Source of the DNA: an uncultured Planctomycetota bacterium
GTDB taxonomy: Bacteria; Planctomycetota; Planctomycetia; Isosphaerales; Isosphaeraceae
Reading direction: 5' to 3'
Assembly (NCBI GenBank): GCA_963845755.1
Contig: CAWJTV010000032.1
Coordinates: 1 to 64,000, forward strand
DNA length: 64,000 bases
A program made the position numbers and the translations under genes. The notes beneath the pieces are model-generated. The model was not told where the DNA came from and made no database searches. It saw only the letters and a list, made by a program, of their open reading frames with translations. Numbering within the stretch: position 1 is the first letter of the stretch; every line of letters begins with the position of its first letter. This document shows, piece by piece, positions 41,734 to 54,400 of this stretch.

Positions 41734-43469
41734 TCATCGCGAAATCGCGTTGCCCTTCGGCGCGATGACGAATACCCCGTTATCGCCCAGCACCCCCTGG
41801 TTGCCACCATCCAGGAACTCGCCCGTGGCATCGGTGATCCCGCCCGGCGGCACGCCGACGACCACCAGTTGGCCGCCCTTGGTGAACTTCGGCTTGCCGG
41901 CCAGCGTCAACGTCACGCTGTGGGTCGTGGCGTTGTACGCCGCCCGGAAGGTCACCGGCTGGGTAACGAGTTGCCGGCCGCGGCGCTGGAATTGCCTCAG
42001 GGTGTAGTTGGCGATGCTCGTCGCCCGGGTCGGGTCCATCGCCGTGCTGAAGTCGAGCTCGAAGGCGACGACGTGCCTGCGCCGTCCCTTGCCGGCGAAG
42101 AGGGCGGTCTCGGTGACGATGGTCGGCGGGACGACGACGGTCAGCGGGATGGTGAGCGTCGTGGTCAGCGGGTCGGTGTAGGCCATGAGCCGGTAGCCGG
42201 TGCCGACCTGGTTGAGGGTCAGCCCGGTGAAGGTGGCCACACCGTTCTGGGCCGTCGCCGTGAGCGTGCCGCCCAGGGTCGCCCCGGTGGACCTGGACGT
42301 CGCCAGGGCGAGGGTGACGGTGCCGTGATACGTGGTGTCCACCAGGCCGGTGAGGTAATCGAGCGACACCGTCAGGCCGAACGGGGCATTGGTGGCGACG
42401 AGGGCCGGCGGTTCGCGCCGTCACGAAGAGGGTGCGCATCGGCGCCGAGGACACCGAGTTGCGAGGCCATCTCCTCGGTGAACCAGAGGTTGCCATCCGC
42501 GCCCGCCGCAATCCCGAGGAGACCCGGGGCGGACGTGGGGGTCGTCGTCTCGGTGATGCCGCGAGTGACGGGGTTGATCGAGCCGACCTGAGGTTCCCCT
42601 GCCTCGACAAACCAGAGGTTGCCATCCGGGCCCGCCGTGATCCCTCGGGGCGCGGGGCTGGTGCTGGGGATCGCGGTCTCGGTGATGACGTGCGTGGTCG
42701 GGTTGATCGACCCGATCTTGTTGCCGTTCTGCTCGGTGAACCAGAGGTCGCCATCCGGGCCGGATGTGATCCCATACGGGCCGGAACCGGCGGTGGGGAT
42801 GGCGAACTCGGCGATCGTGTGGGTGGTCGGGTTGATCATCCCGACCTGGTTCGTGCCGTACTCGACGAACCAGACATTGCCGTCGGATCCCGCCGCGATC
42901 CCGATCGGCTCGGAACCGGCCGTGGGGATGGCGAACTCGCTGATCGCGCGGGTGGTCGGGTTGATCATTCCGACTTTGCCGACGGCGAACTCGGTGAACC
43001 AGAGGTTGCCGTCAGGGCCCATCGTGATGTTGTCGGGTTCGGCGCCGGCGGTCGGCACACTCGTCTCGACGAAGGCGTGAGTGGTCGGGTTGATCGACCC
43101 GATCTTGTTGCCCGCCTCCTCGGTGAACCAGAGGTTGCCGTCGGGACCGGCCGCGATCCCGACCGGCTCGGAACTGGTCGTGGGGGGGGTGAAGTCGGCA
43201 GTGGCATGGGTGGTCGGGTTGATCATCCCGATCTTGCCGGCGGTAAACTCGGTGAACCAGAGGTTGCCGTCGGAGCCCGCCGCGATGAAGTTGGGACCGG
43301 CGGTGGCCGTTGGGGTGGGGAACTCGGCGATGGTCGAGAGCAACTGGCGCGACTCCAGCGGCTCCACGATCGGTCGCCGGCGACGGCGAAGCCCCACCGC
43401 CGGCTCACCACGGTGGCCCCACGACCAGAACGCCGGTCTCGACCGTTCTCTCCGATGCGGATTCATCAT
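41734..43469 (-). CDS. Vgb-like beta-propeller with planctomycete extracellular motif and C-terminal Ig-like domains (frameshift ~42420)
   Basis: EPLESRQLLS; about seven GPDGNLWFTE repeats. Confidence 0.85.
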
Positions 43470-43648
43470 GTCCTCCCGGTAATTCGATGAAGGAAAGCCG
43501 TTGCATACCCCGGCCGCGATAATGGCCACCGAGGATTACCGTACGGACTGCGCCCACGCAAGCGTCGGTGCCTCGGACCCCCCTGGCCGTTGATTGAGGG
43601 GCCAGGAGGATCGAGGAACCGGCTAAGGGGCGGGCGAGAGATTGACCG

Positions 43649-45942
43649 TCACGACGAGAAGGTACCTTGCACGTCGTTGTCGTTGGTGGTGGCGTGGTTG
43701 CCGGTGATCGACGTGTTGTCGATGGTCGCGGTGCCGATGATGGCGATTCCGCCGCCCACCCCGACTCCGGAGAGGCCCGCGTTACCGTTGCTTCCGAACG
43801 TGGCGTGACCCGCTGTGCCGCTAGGGTTGCCTCCGGCACCGCCGGTGGCTGGTCCTCCGACACCGCCGGACCCGGCCAACAGGGCGATGGCCTGGTTGGC
43901 GGTGATGACGTCGGTGGCCTTGCCTTGCTTGGACCCCTTCTTCGCACCGAGCCTGGGATTGATGGTGAGCGTGCCGGTCGTCGCGTCGAAGATGCCGCCG
44001 CCCTGGCCGATGCCGCCTTCGCCGCCGTTGCCACCGTTGCCGCCCGTTGCCGAACCGCCCCCGCCGCCGGTCCCGCCCGTCCCGGCGTTGCCACCGTCTC
44101 CGCCGAAGCCGCCGTTGCCGGTATTTCCGTTTCCGCCGACACCGCTGGTGGCCTGGTTCGCGGTGAAGTTGACGGTAACGCCTGTGAAGGACGAGGTACC
44201 GCCGTTGAACAGGCCACCCCCCTCGCCGGTGGCGGCGGCGCCACCGAGTCCTCCGGCCCCGCCGAAGCCCAATCCCCCGCTCCCGCCGGCGCTGTTGGAA
44301 CCTCCGTTGCCTCCGAAGTTGCCATGGCCCGTGTTGCCGAGCCCGCCAATCCCGCCTCCGCCGCCGTTGGCTTGATTGCTGATGAACATGCTGGCCGCGG
44401 GCGGCTTGGACGGTTTCTGCGCCTTGAACGTCACCGAGGCGCCGGAATCGTTGAACAGGCCGCCGCCCTGTCCCGCACCGCCGATCCCGGCCGCACCCCC
44501 TTTACCGCCAAACCCGATGCCCGCGGCGCCGCCGACACCGCCGATATTGGGGCCTCCATTACCACCCTCGTTGCCGACACCCTCGCCCCCGACGCCGCCG
44601 GCGCCTCCGAGATTGCCGCTGGCCACATTGGCCGTGAAGTTCACCGAGACCGTGCTGGTGAGGGTGGCACCAGTGCCGTTAAATGCGCCACCACCCTCAC
44701 CGGCACCGCCCGCGCCGCCAAACCCACCGATACTTCCCGCGCCGGCACCGCCATCACCACCACGATCGTTGCCGGCGCCGGTCCCACCGAGCCCGCCGAT
44801 GCCGGTGCCACCGAAACCGCCAGTGCCTCCCTTTCCGCCGATCGCATCATTGGCCAGCAACGTGTCGGGCTTGCCTGTCAAGGAAACGGTACCGAGGTTG
44901 AACAGACCTCCGCCCTGGGCCTGGCCTCCGGCACCTCCACCGCCGCCGATCCCGCCGAATCCTCCACCTCCCGAGCCGGCACCGGTACCCGGGTCGTTAC
45001 CACCGAGTCCGCCGATGCCGAAGAAACCCGACCCGCCGAAGCCCCCCGCGCCCCCGCTGGCGGTGTTGGTCGAAAGGATTGTCCCCGAGAGGGTCAACGT
45101 CGCGCCCGCCGCGTTGAAAACGCCCCCGCCCAGACCGGCGCCCCGGCGCCTCCGGCGCCGCCATTGCCGCCCAAACCGGTCCCGCCGTTGATCCCACCAA
45201 TCCCCCCGCCACTGACTCCGTTGCCCTGTCCACCGTTACCACCATTGCCACCGGTACCACCCTCCGCCTCGTTGGACGCGATCGTGCTGCTGGTGATGCT
45301 CAACGAACCGCCCGCATTGAAGATCCCACCCCCTTCGCCGCTGGTCCCGCTCGTCCCATTTCCGCCGCTGCCGGCGGTGCCGGTCAGCGAGTTCGCGCCG
45401 ATTGCACCGATGGTACCGGAGCTCCCGATTGCGACGTTGTTGAGGACCCGCACCGAGGTGAAGTTCACCTTGCCACTCGAGTTCAGGATCCCGCCTCCAT
45501 CTCCCACGACGCGGCCGTGCTGGATCGTCAGGTTGGAAATCGACACCTTGCCGCTGGATATCTGGAAGACGCGATCCAGATTATTGCCGTCGATGATCGT
45601 GCTTGCCGCATTCTTCCCCTTGATGGTGAGATTGCCGGTAATGTTTAAGTCGCCGGTGGTGACGTCGTCCGCACCGGTGGGGGCGATCGTCAGCGTGAAG
45701 GTGCCGGAGGGCAGAATGATCTTGTTGGAGCCCCCCTTGGTATCGGCGGCCATGATGGCCGACCGCAGCGAGATGTGGCCGGAGGCATCCTTACCGTTCT
45801 TGAAGTTCACGGCGACCGTGTCGAGCGTCGTGTTGACCCGGAAGGTGGAGAGGACGACGCGGTGCTCGAGAATTTCGAGCCCCGGCCGCACGCGGTTGGT
45901 TGACTGCCGGCTCTCGCCGCGCCGCTTGATGGTGTTGGACAT
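43649..45942 (-). CDS. Gly-rich (PGRS-like) surface protein, paralog B (frameshift ~45145)
   Basis: LEHRVVLS, SLRSAI (CSLREA-like), GGxGGxGG blocks alternating with GGGxFN beta-helix motifs. Confidence 0.82.
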
Positions 45943-46139
45943 CGCAGACCCCTTTGCAATGAAGTGGCGGCCAGTCCGAGGTTTCACTCCTCTCGACCTG
46001 GGCCGGGTATCGTTCGTGGGATTCGGGAAGTTCCTCGATCTACACAAGCGCCTTCCTGGCGTCGGTTACCTCACGGATTCTCGGATGATCGTCGTGACTG
46101 TCGCGTCAACGTCCGCCGGATCGCCGAGGGATTCGACCA

Positions 46140-48440
46140 TCACGACGAGAAGCTACCCTGCACGTCGTTATCGTTGGTGGTGGCGTGGTTGCCAGTGATG
46201 GACGTATTGTCGATGGTCGCGGTCCCGATGATCGCGATGCCGCCGCCCACGCCGACGCCGGGAAGGCCAGCGGTGCCGGCGCTACCGGCAGTGGAACTAC
46301 CCGTGGTGCCGTTGGGATTGCCGCTTGTACCGCCAGAGGCTCCGCCTCCGTTCCCCCCCAATCCGGCCGAGAGGGTGTTGGCCTGGTTGGTCGTTATGAC
46401 GTCGGTGGCCTTAGCCTGCTTCGATCGCTTCTTCGCACCGAGCCGGGGCTGAAGGGTGAGGGTACCCGTGGTCGCGTCGAAGATGCCGCCGCCCTGGCCA
46501 ATGCCGCCCTCGCCGCCATTACCGCCATTGCCGCCGGTCGCGGAGCCGCCAGATCCGCCGGTCGCGCTCGTCCCGGCGTTGCCACCTCCGCCTCCGTTCG
46601 CGGAACCTCCGTCACCCCCGTTGCCGCCAACGCCGCTGCTGGCCTGGTTGCTGCTGAGATTCACCGTCACGCCCGTGAAGGAAGCACTACCGGCGTTGAA
46701 CAGTCCACCACCCAGGCCGCTGCCGGCAGCGCCGCCGGGTCCAGCGGTACCGCCGAAGACCAATCCGCCACTCCCACCGGCGCTGTTGGAACCCCCGTTA
46801 CCACCGGGTCCGCTGAAGGTCTGGAGGCCATTTCCGCCGGTACCGCCTCCGCCACCGTTGGCCTGATTGCTGATAAACGCGACGGGCGCCGGCGGCCTGG
46901 ACGGTTTCTGCGCCTTGAACAACACCGAGGCGCCGGCATCGTTGAATAGACCGCCGCCTTCTCCCCCACCGCCGATACCGGCCGCGCCGCCCTTACCGCC
47001 GAACCCGACGCCCCCGGCGCCGCCGACGCCCCCAATATTGGCGCCGCCCATCCCTCCGATGCCGCCCTCGCCCTCCCCACCAAGGCCACCATTGCCGCCG
47101 AAATTGCCGCTGGCCCGATTATTCGCGAATGTGACCGAGACCGTGCTGGTGAACGTGGCACCATTGCCGTTGAAGGCGCCAGCGCCGTCGCCCGTACCGC
47201 CCGCGCCGCCCACGCCGCCGGGGCTCGCCGCGCCGGCGGCTCCGGCACCGCCGCGATCGTTGCCGGAGCCGGCTCCGCCTTCACCGCCGACGCCGTCGCC
47301 GCCGCGGCCGCCGGTATTTCCCGCGCCCCCGATCGCCTGGTTGGTCGAGAAGGTACTGGCCTTGGCCGTCAAGGAAACGGTCCCGAGGTTGAACAGACCC
47401 GCACCCTCGCCTTGCCCACCGCCACCGCCGGCACCGCTGGTCCCGCCGAAACCCTCGCCGCCCGACCCGGCACCGCCCCCGCTATCGGCGCCGCCGTGAC
47501 CGCCAATGCCGGGTCCGCCTTCCCCGCCCAGGCCGCCCGCGCCGCCATTGGCGGCGTTGGCCGAAATCGTCGTGCCGGACAGGGTCAGGCTGCGCACCGC
47601 CGCGTTGAACACGCCACCCCCCAGCCCGTCGCCGCCGGTGCCGCCGGCGCCGCCGTTGCCCCCCAGGCCGGTTCGACCGTCGATCTCGGGAAGTGACGTG
47701 CCATTCGAACCGTCGCCCTCGCCTCCGTCGCCGCCGGCACCGCCGTTGCCGCCGAAAGCGGCGTTGGATGCGATCGTGCCGCCGGAGATGCTCAGCGCAC
47801 CGGCCGCATTGAAGATCCCGGCCCCCTCGCCGTCGCTCCCGCCGGTCCCAGTGCCGCCTTTGCCGCCGTCGCCGCTGGTGCCCGAGATCGCACCGTCGGC
47901 ACCGTGGCTACCGGAGACCCCCACCGCGACGTTGTTCAGGATTCGGACCGAGGTGAGCTTCACCGTGCCGCCGGAGTTGAGGATCCCGCCTCCGTCTCCC
48001 ACGACGCGGCCGTGCTGGATCGTCAGGTTGGAAATCGATGCCTTGCCGCTCAGGACCTGGAAGACGCGATCCAGGTTATTGCCGTCGATGATGGTGTTGG
48101 CCGCATTCTTGCCCTTGATGGTGAGATTGCCGGTGATATCCAGGTCGCCGGTGGTGACGTCGTCCGCACCGGTGGGGGCGATCGTCAGCGTGAAGGTGCC
48201 GGAGGGCAGAATGATCTTGTTGGAGCCCCCCTTGGCATCGGCGGCCATGATGGCCGACCGTAGCGAAATGTGGCCCGTGGCGTCCTTGCCCTTCTTCAAA
48301 TCCACGGCGACCGTGTCGAGCGTGGTGTTGATCCGGAACGTGGAGAGCACCACGCGGTGCTCGAGCCTCTCGAGCCAGGGACGCAGCCGATTCGCCTGCC
48401 GCCAGCTTGCCGCTTGTCGCCGCGTCTTGGAGCTGAACAT
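46140..48440 (-). CDS. Gly-rich (PGRS-like) surface protein, paralog A
   Basis: 766 aa; same architecture as, and closely similar to, 43649-45942. Confidence 0.85.
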   Translation of the reverse strand: MFSSKTRRQAASWRQANRLRPWLERLEHRVVLSTFRINTTLDTVAVDLKKGKDATGHISLRSAIMAADAKGGSNKIILPSGTFTLTIAPTGADDVTTGDLDITGNLTIKGKNAANTIIDGNNLDRVFQVLSGKASISNLTIQHGRVVGDGGGILNSGGTVKLTSVRILNNVAVGVSGSHGADGAISGTSGDGGKGGTGTGGSDGEGAGIFNAAGALSISGGTIASNAAFGGNGGAGGDGGEGDGSNGTSLPEIDGRTGLGGNGGAGGTGGDGLGGGVFNAAVRSLTLSGTTISANAANGGAGGLGGEGGPGIGGHGGADSGGGAGSGGEGFGGTSGAGGGGGQGEGAGLFNLGTVSLTAKASTFSTNQAIGGAGNTGGRGGDGVGGEGGAGSGNDRGGAGAAGAASPGGVGGAGGTGDGAGAFNGNGATFTSTVSVTFANNRASGNFGGNGGLGGEGEGGIGGMGGANIGGVGGAGGVGFGGKGGAAGIGGGGEGGGLFNDAGASVLFKAQKPSRPPAPVAFISNQANGGGGGTGGNGLQTFSGPGGNGGSNSAGGSGGLVFGGTAGPGGAAGSGLGGGLFNAGSASFTGVTVNLSSNQASSGVGGNGGDGGSANGGGGGNAGTSATGGSGGSATGGNGGNGGEGGIGQGGGIFDATTGTLTLQPRLGAKKRSKQAKATDVITTNQANTLSAGLGGNGGGASGGTSGNPNGTTGSSTAGSAGTAGLPGVGVGGGIAIIGTATIDNTSITGNHATTNDNDVQGSFSS

Positions 48441-48838
48441 CGAAAACCCTCCCTTACTGCTGAGAGGCGGCGGCGAAGAGGGTCTCTTTCCTCGGCCCGG
48501 GCCGGCCTCGTTCGTACGATTGGGAAGCGTCTCTACTCACAATGCGCCATCCCGGCGGCGGATACCTCAGAGATCTCCCGCCTTTTTCCGAGGACCGGGG
48601 ACTTGGACAAGTTATCCCGTGTAAGAATAACATCCGGAACGACGTCGCCCTGCGCAATGCCGGAGGCCGCCGAGGCAACCTCGATCGCGCTTCACGAGGG
48701 TTTTCGAGAGGGGGATGTACCCGCCGGCCTGGGTACGCGGCTCGCATGGCGAGCCAGGTCGTATTTCTCATTCGCGCCGGACCAACACGGCGACAGCCCG
48801 TCCGTGCTCCTCGACGTACTCCTTGCCGGCCGCACGGG

Positions 48839-49795
48839 TTAGGGCCGAGGGTTCAGCCGCCAAACTTTGTTGACGTCATGCGCCGAAACCCACACCTTCC
48901 CGTCTCCGGCCCGGACGGCACCGCTCCCCTGCGGAGGCCCGAAACGCCGGACCACTTGATTCGTCTTCGGGTCAATAACCGATAAGAGGACCTTGGTTGC
49001 TCGCACCCAGACCGCACCCTCCCCGGCGGCGATGTCGCCTCCCGGGCCCGGCACGCCAACTTCGATGGTAGCCACAACCTCGTTCGTCCTCGGGTCGATC
49101 CTCGAGACGGTGCCGTCTGCCTGGTTCAGGACCCAGACGGCACCTTCGCCCACGGCGAGGAATCGCGGTTGACCGTGGACAGGTATGGTAGCAACGACGG
49201 CATTGGTCCTGGGGTCGACCCGCTGGACCGAACCGTTTTCGGTGGTACGAGGTCTCCCCGTATTGGTGACCCAGATCGCCCCGTATCCGGCGACTGCCGC
49301 GTAGGAATACGGTCTCAAGCCGATGCGGGCTACGACTTCATTGGTCTCGGGGTTGATCCGGGAGAGAACGCCTTTCTGATCCGTCAGGACCCAGACTCCG
49401 CCCTGGTCGGACGCGAGACTCGCTTCCGAATCGGCGACCGTGACGGGGATCGTTGCCGCCACCTTGTTGGTGTTTGCGTCGATTCGAGAGATCGACTTGT
49501 CTTTGCGACTGGCGACCCACAACGAACCATGGCCGATGGCCATCGCGGCGCAGGGGCTGTTGACCTTCACCTCGGCGATGACCTTGTTGGTATCGGGGTC
49601 GATGCGTTGAACGGCCCCGAGTCCCGGATTGGAAACCCAGAGCGAACCGAAGCCGACCTCCAGCCAATCGGGAGAACCTTCCAGGCGGATCGAGGCGACC
49701 GCCGTCTCATCGATGGGCGAGGGGGCCACCCGATCGTCATCGAGAATACAAGGAGTTGCACAGACGAGCAGAAACAGGAACTGTAGAATTGCCAT
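48839..49795 (-). CDS. Secreted YncE/YVTN-like beta-propeller
   Basis: Signal peptide; repeated GxGAVWV...RIDPxTNxVVATI. Confidence 0.85.
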   Translation of the reverse strand: MAILQFLFLLVCATPCILDDDRVAPSPIDETAVASIRLEGSPDWLEVGFGSLWVSNPGLGAVQRIDPDTNKVIAEVKVNSPCAAMAIGHGSLWVASRKDKSISRIDANTNKVAATIPVTVADSEASLASDQGGVWVLTDQKGVLSRINPETNEVVARIGLRPYSYAAVAGYGAIWVTNTGRPRTTENGSVQRVDPRTNAVVATIPVHGQPRFLAVGEGAVWVLNQADGTVSRIDPRTNEVVATIEVGVPGPGGDIAAGEGAVWVRATKVLLSVIDPKTNQVVRRFGPPQGSGAVRAGDGKVWVSAHDVNKVWRLNPRP

Positions 49796-49849
49796 GAATC
49801 ATGACATTTCTGTGAAGATACATGATGTTTAATGTTCGCCAATGTGTCG

Positions 49850-51324
49850 CTACGCCAGCAGCGGCTTCAGCACGTTTCCCGCCACGTCCGTCAGGCGGAA
49901 GTCGCGCCCCTGGTAGCGGGTCACGAGCCGCAGGTGATCGAGGCCGAGCGCATGGAGGACGGTGGCTTGAACGTCGTGGACGTGGACCGGGTCTTTCACG
50001 ACGTCCCAGCCCCACTCGTCGGTCTCGCCGTACGCGAAGCCGCCGCGGAAGCCGCCCCCGACGAGCATCAGCCCACCGCAGAGTTGCTGGTGGTCGCGGC
50101 CGTAGGTCGCGAAGGACATGGGGCCCTCGCAATAGCTCGTGCGGCCGAATTCGCCGCAGAAGATCACGAGCGTGTCTTCGAGCAGGCCACTCTGCTTGAG
50201 GTCGCCCAGGAGCGCCGCGATCGGCTTGTCCACCTCCTCCATTTTCTTCTTGAGGATGACGGGGATATCGGCGTGGTGGTCCCAACCGCCATCCATGAGC
50301 TGGATGAAACGGACGCCGCGCTCGGCCAGTCGCCGGGCCAGGAGGCAGTTGTTGGCGAAGCTCTCCTTGCCGGGCTCCGCGCCGTATTGCTCGAGCACCT
50401 CGGCGGGCTCCTTCGAGAGATCGGTCAATTCGGGCACGCTCGTCTGCATGCGAGCCGCCATCTCATAGGCGTGAATGCGGGCCGTCACTTCCGGATCGCC
50501 GGTCGTTGCGGCCTCGCGCTCGTTCAGTGCCTTGACGGTATCGAGGATCCGCCGCCGCGTCCTGGCGTCGATTCCTTCGGGGTTCGACACGAAGAAGACC
50601 GGCTCCTTTCCGCTGCGGAACGGGCAGCCCTGATGGCGTCCCGGCAGGTAACCGTTGTGCCACATGCGCGGGTGCGGCGGAGAGCCGCCGTCGCGCGTCC
50701 CCGAGAGCATCACCACGAACTCCGGGAGGTCCTGGTTCTCGGTCCCGAGGGCGTAGGTCACCCAGGAGCCCCACGACGGCCGGCCGAGCTGCATCGTTCC
50801 GGTGAACAGGATCGACATCGCGGCCTCATGCAGCACGTGGTCGGTCTGCATGGAGCGCACCAGGCAGATGTCGTCGGCGAACGCACCCATCTCCCGGAAG
50901 AGCTCGGAAATGCGGAGGCCGCTCTTGCCGTGGGGCTTGAACTGGAAACACGAACCGACCACCGGGAGTGCTCCCTGCTTTTCGGTGACTCCGGTGATGC
51001 GCTGCCCTTGCGCACCGAGTCGGGGAGCTCCTCGCCGCGGCGCTTGTTGAGCAGCGGTTTCTCGTCGAAGAGGTCGAGCTGCGAGAGGCCGCCCGCCGCA
51101 AAGATCATAATGACGCGCTTTGCGGTGGCACCCCCGAGTTTGTAGGTCGGCGCGTCCTCGCCGGGTGCCCGCGAGGATCCTTCGCCAGCGCCGGCCAGGC
51201 TGCGTCGAGCCATCAGGCTCGAGAGTGCAATGGAGCCGAGGCTCAGCGCGCTCGTGCCGAGGAACGCCCGCCGCGCGAGATCAGTGCTGGCAACGATTCT
51301 GGGGCTCGGAGGAGTTTCGTTCAT
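49850..51324 (-). CDS. DUF1501 family protein (frameshift ~50990)
   Basis: Tat RRAFLG, AKRVIMIFAAGGLSQLDLFD, ARRLAERGVRFIQL, GWDHH, GEFGRT, GRDH. Confidence 0.9.
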
Positions 51325-51383
51325 AGCTTCAACCTTGGGGTGCTGGAAACCTCGTCACTATCCGAGAAAGGCTTCTGGCCTCT

Positions 51384-51444
51384 GTTGTGTGGGTGAAACC
51401 CATTAAGATCGGGGCCGTTTCCTGGTGGGTTTCACCGACCCTAC
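51384..51444. repeat. GTAG-type REP doublet
   Basis: GTGGGTGAAACCCA...TGGGTTTCACCGACCCTAC, whose reverse complement is GTAGGGTCGGTGAAACCCA. Confidence 0.7.
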
Positions 51445-51482
51445 TCGATTCTTGGACAGCTTCTTCGTTCATGGGATGGTTG

Positions 51483-54400
51483 TCAGCGGTGGATCGTGGC
51501 GTCGAGATTGATGAGCGCGCTGCCGACGCATGCCCAGGCCGCCACCTCGGCGGCATCGAGCGTGTCGTCGATTTTCGCGTCACCCACACCGAGGAGTTTT
51601 TTCGCGGCATCGGTGTCGGCCTTGAACTGCGCGCGCTGCTCGTCGAGGAGCTTCCGCAGGATCTGCGCCTCCGACTCGCTCGGGTCACGGGACGTGCAGA
51701 GGCGGAACCCGTAGGCGAGGCGCTTCGCCTCTTCCTCGGGCTTCTTCAGATTGCGGGCGCGGCGGATGGCTTCCCGGTCCTTGAGCATCCTCTGCCCGAG
51801 CATCTTCGCGCACTCGACATAGGCCGGATCGTTGAGCAGCGTGAGCGCCTGGACGGGGGTCGTTGTGGTGGCGCGCGTCACGGTGCAACTGTCTCGCTTG
51901 ACCGCGTCGAAGTTGAGCATGGACGGATAGGGCGACCCGCGTTTCCAGTAGACGTAGAGCGCGCGCCGGTACTGCCTCTCGTCGCCGTGACGTCGATAGT
52001 TGGACATGAAACCCTCGACCATCTTCCAGGCGTTCTTGGGCTGCACCGGCTTGACGCTCTCGCCGCCGATCTTTTCGACGAGGAGCCCCGAGACCGCGAG
52101 CGCATTGTCCCGGACCATCTCGGCGGACAAGCGGAGCCGTGGACCGCGGGCGAGGAGGCGGTTTTCCGGGTCGCGATCGAGCTTGGCTTTCGAAGTCGTC
52201 GACGCCTGGCGATAGGTCGCCGATAACACGATTCGCCTGTGGAGCTTCTTCAGGTCCCATTGGCTGTCGACCAGCTCGGTGGCGAGATCGTCGAGGAGTT
52301 CGGGATGCGTGGGGAGCTCGCCCCGGGTGCCGAAGTCCTCGGCCGTCCTGACGATTCCGACCCCGAAATATTGCTTCCAGATGCGGTTGACCAGGACGCG
52401 CGCGGTCAACGGATGCTGTCGGGAAACGAGCCACTGCGCGAGCCCCAGCCGGTTGCGCGGCGCCCCCTTTGCCATCGGAGGTAGCACCGCAGGGGTCGCC
52501 GGATTGACGTTCTCGCCGCGATTCTTGTACAGGCCGCGCTTGAAGATATACGCCTGGCGCGGCTTCGCGAGCTCCTCCATGACGAGCGTCTGGGGGAGTC
52601 GCCGTTTGACGAGCTTCTCCTCGTCCTTGAGCTGGGAAAGTTCCTCGGCGATGATGCGCCCGACGGGGTCGATGTGAGACCGATAGAATTCGCGCAGCAC
52701 TTTCTTCCGCCGCTCCGACGGCGAAAGCTTGTTCTCCTCCTCGGAGGACTTGAGCGGGGCGGATTTCTCACCGACAAGGCTGACCTTCATCGGCGCACCC
52801 GGCTTCGCGGAACTCTTAGTGTCGTCGCCCGCGCTCGAGGCGGCTGGCGCGGCCGCCCCGGTCGGGGCGGTTTTGCTCGCCGTCTTGGATGGCGACGCGG
52901 CGGGAGTAGAAGCGGAGGCAATGGCGCCGGGGCGTGCTCCCGCGACGGGTTTCAGGGCCTCGAGGCGAAGGGCCGTCGCGACCTCATGAGTCAGGACGTC
53001 GTCGCCCTCCGGCGTGATCTCGAACGTAAACGAGTCGCCGCCAGCGGGCCCGCCGCCCATCGCACCGCCGGCCGGGAAGCCGCGACGGCCGTTGGGGCTC
53101 GCACCGTCGCCGTACACGGCCTTCACGACGATCTCGTTTTCACCCTGGCGGAGGCCGATCCGGAACTTTTTCTCCGGATGGTTCTGGCCGCGCCCATCGT
53201 TTCAGCAAGGTCATCGTCGTTGATTTCGGGGACGACTGGCGCCTCCTTATCGTCTTCGGCCTTCTCGTCCTTCTTCGCGTCCGGGCCGTTCCCCGCGCCG
53301 GGGTCTTGGCGTCAGCTCCCTTGGGGGGAGCCGCGGGCGGCGGCGGAAGCGCGGTCTGTGCCAGCTCTCCGTTGACCCACATCCGGAAGCCCGCCGGTCC
53401 GCCAAGTTGCACGATCGCGGTGCGGGGGCGCGTTGAGACGATCTTGCGTGTGAGGTAGTAAGCGGAGTTGGCTCCCTGAAGGCGTGCCGCGGTGCCATCG
53501 CGCCACTTACGCTGCTCGGTCCAGGTGATCTTCTCGGGCTTTGGCTTGACCGCGCCGGCCTTGGCGGCTTCGGGCTTCGCTTCCGGCTTGACGTCCTTGG
53601 TCGCTTCGGTCCCGGGCTTTTCCGCAGCCCCGACGGCGTTCCCCTTGATCTCCTTGCCCCCATCGGGGCCTGGCTTGCCCGTCGGCTCGGGTTTCGGAGC
53701 CTCGCCCACGCCCGCACCGGCCGGCTTCTTCCCAGTCTCGCCGGCATCCTTCTTGGTCGCGGGTTTTCCATCGCCTGGAGATGCTGCGGGAGCGTCACCG
53801 ATTTTGCCGCCGCCGGTCTGCCGCGAGGCGGCTTTGGCGGGCGCCGGGTCCTCTTTCTTGGCAGGGGTTTTGTCTCCGGCCGGCTTCGCGGGCGTGGCGG
53901 CGGGCGCTGGCTTCTCGGCGCCGTCCTTGCTCGCGGGCGGGAGCACGACCTTGGTGTAACTCTTCTTCAGGTCAAGCGGCTCATCTTTGATGTCCTTCTC
54001 GGGCTCGAATGCCCTCGTGTAGGCTTTCGCGACGTCCTCTGCGGGAAATGGCCCGATCGAGCTCCAGAGCTTGGACAGTGCGGGCAGCATCAGCTCGCGG
54101 ATGCGATCGTCCTGGGTGTAACTGATGCGGAAGCGGCCGATCAGGCTCTTGAACTTGGCGGCCGACGTCTGGTGCAGCGAGAAGCGAAGCACCGACGCCT
54201 CGTTCGTGTCGAGCGGTTCGAGTGGGAGGAAGATCGCTTCGTGGGGCTTCTTGCGTTCGTCGTCGACGATGCTCCAGCCGCCATACCCTCGACCCCCGAA
54301 CGCCCCGCCGCCGCCCACGGGCTCGATGACGATCGCCGATTCAATCGACCCCGGCACCATGTCGTACGGGTCGGGGTCTTCCCTGAGCTTCTGGTTGATG

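Noticed and set aside
43667..48624. Long Pro-rich plus-strand ORFs
   Set aside because: Antisense shadows of the Gly-rich minus-strand genes.
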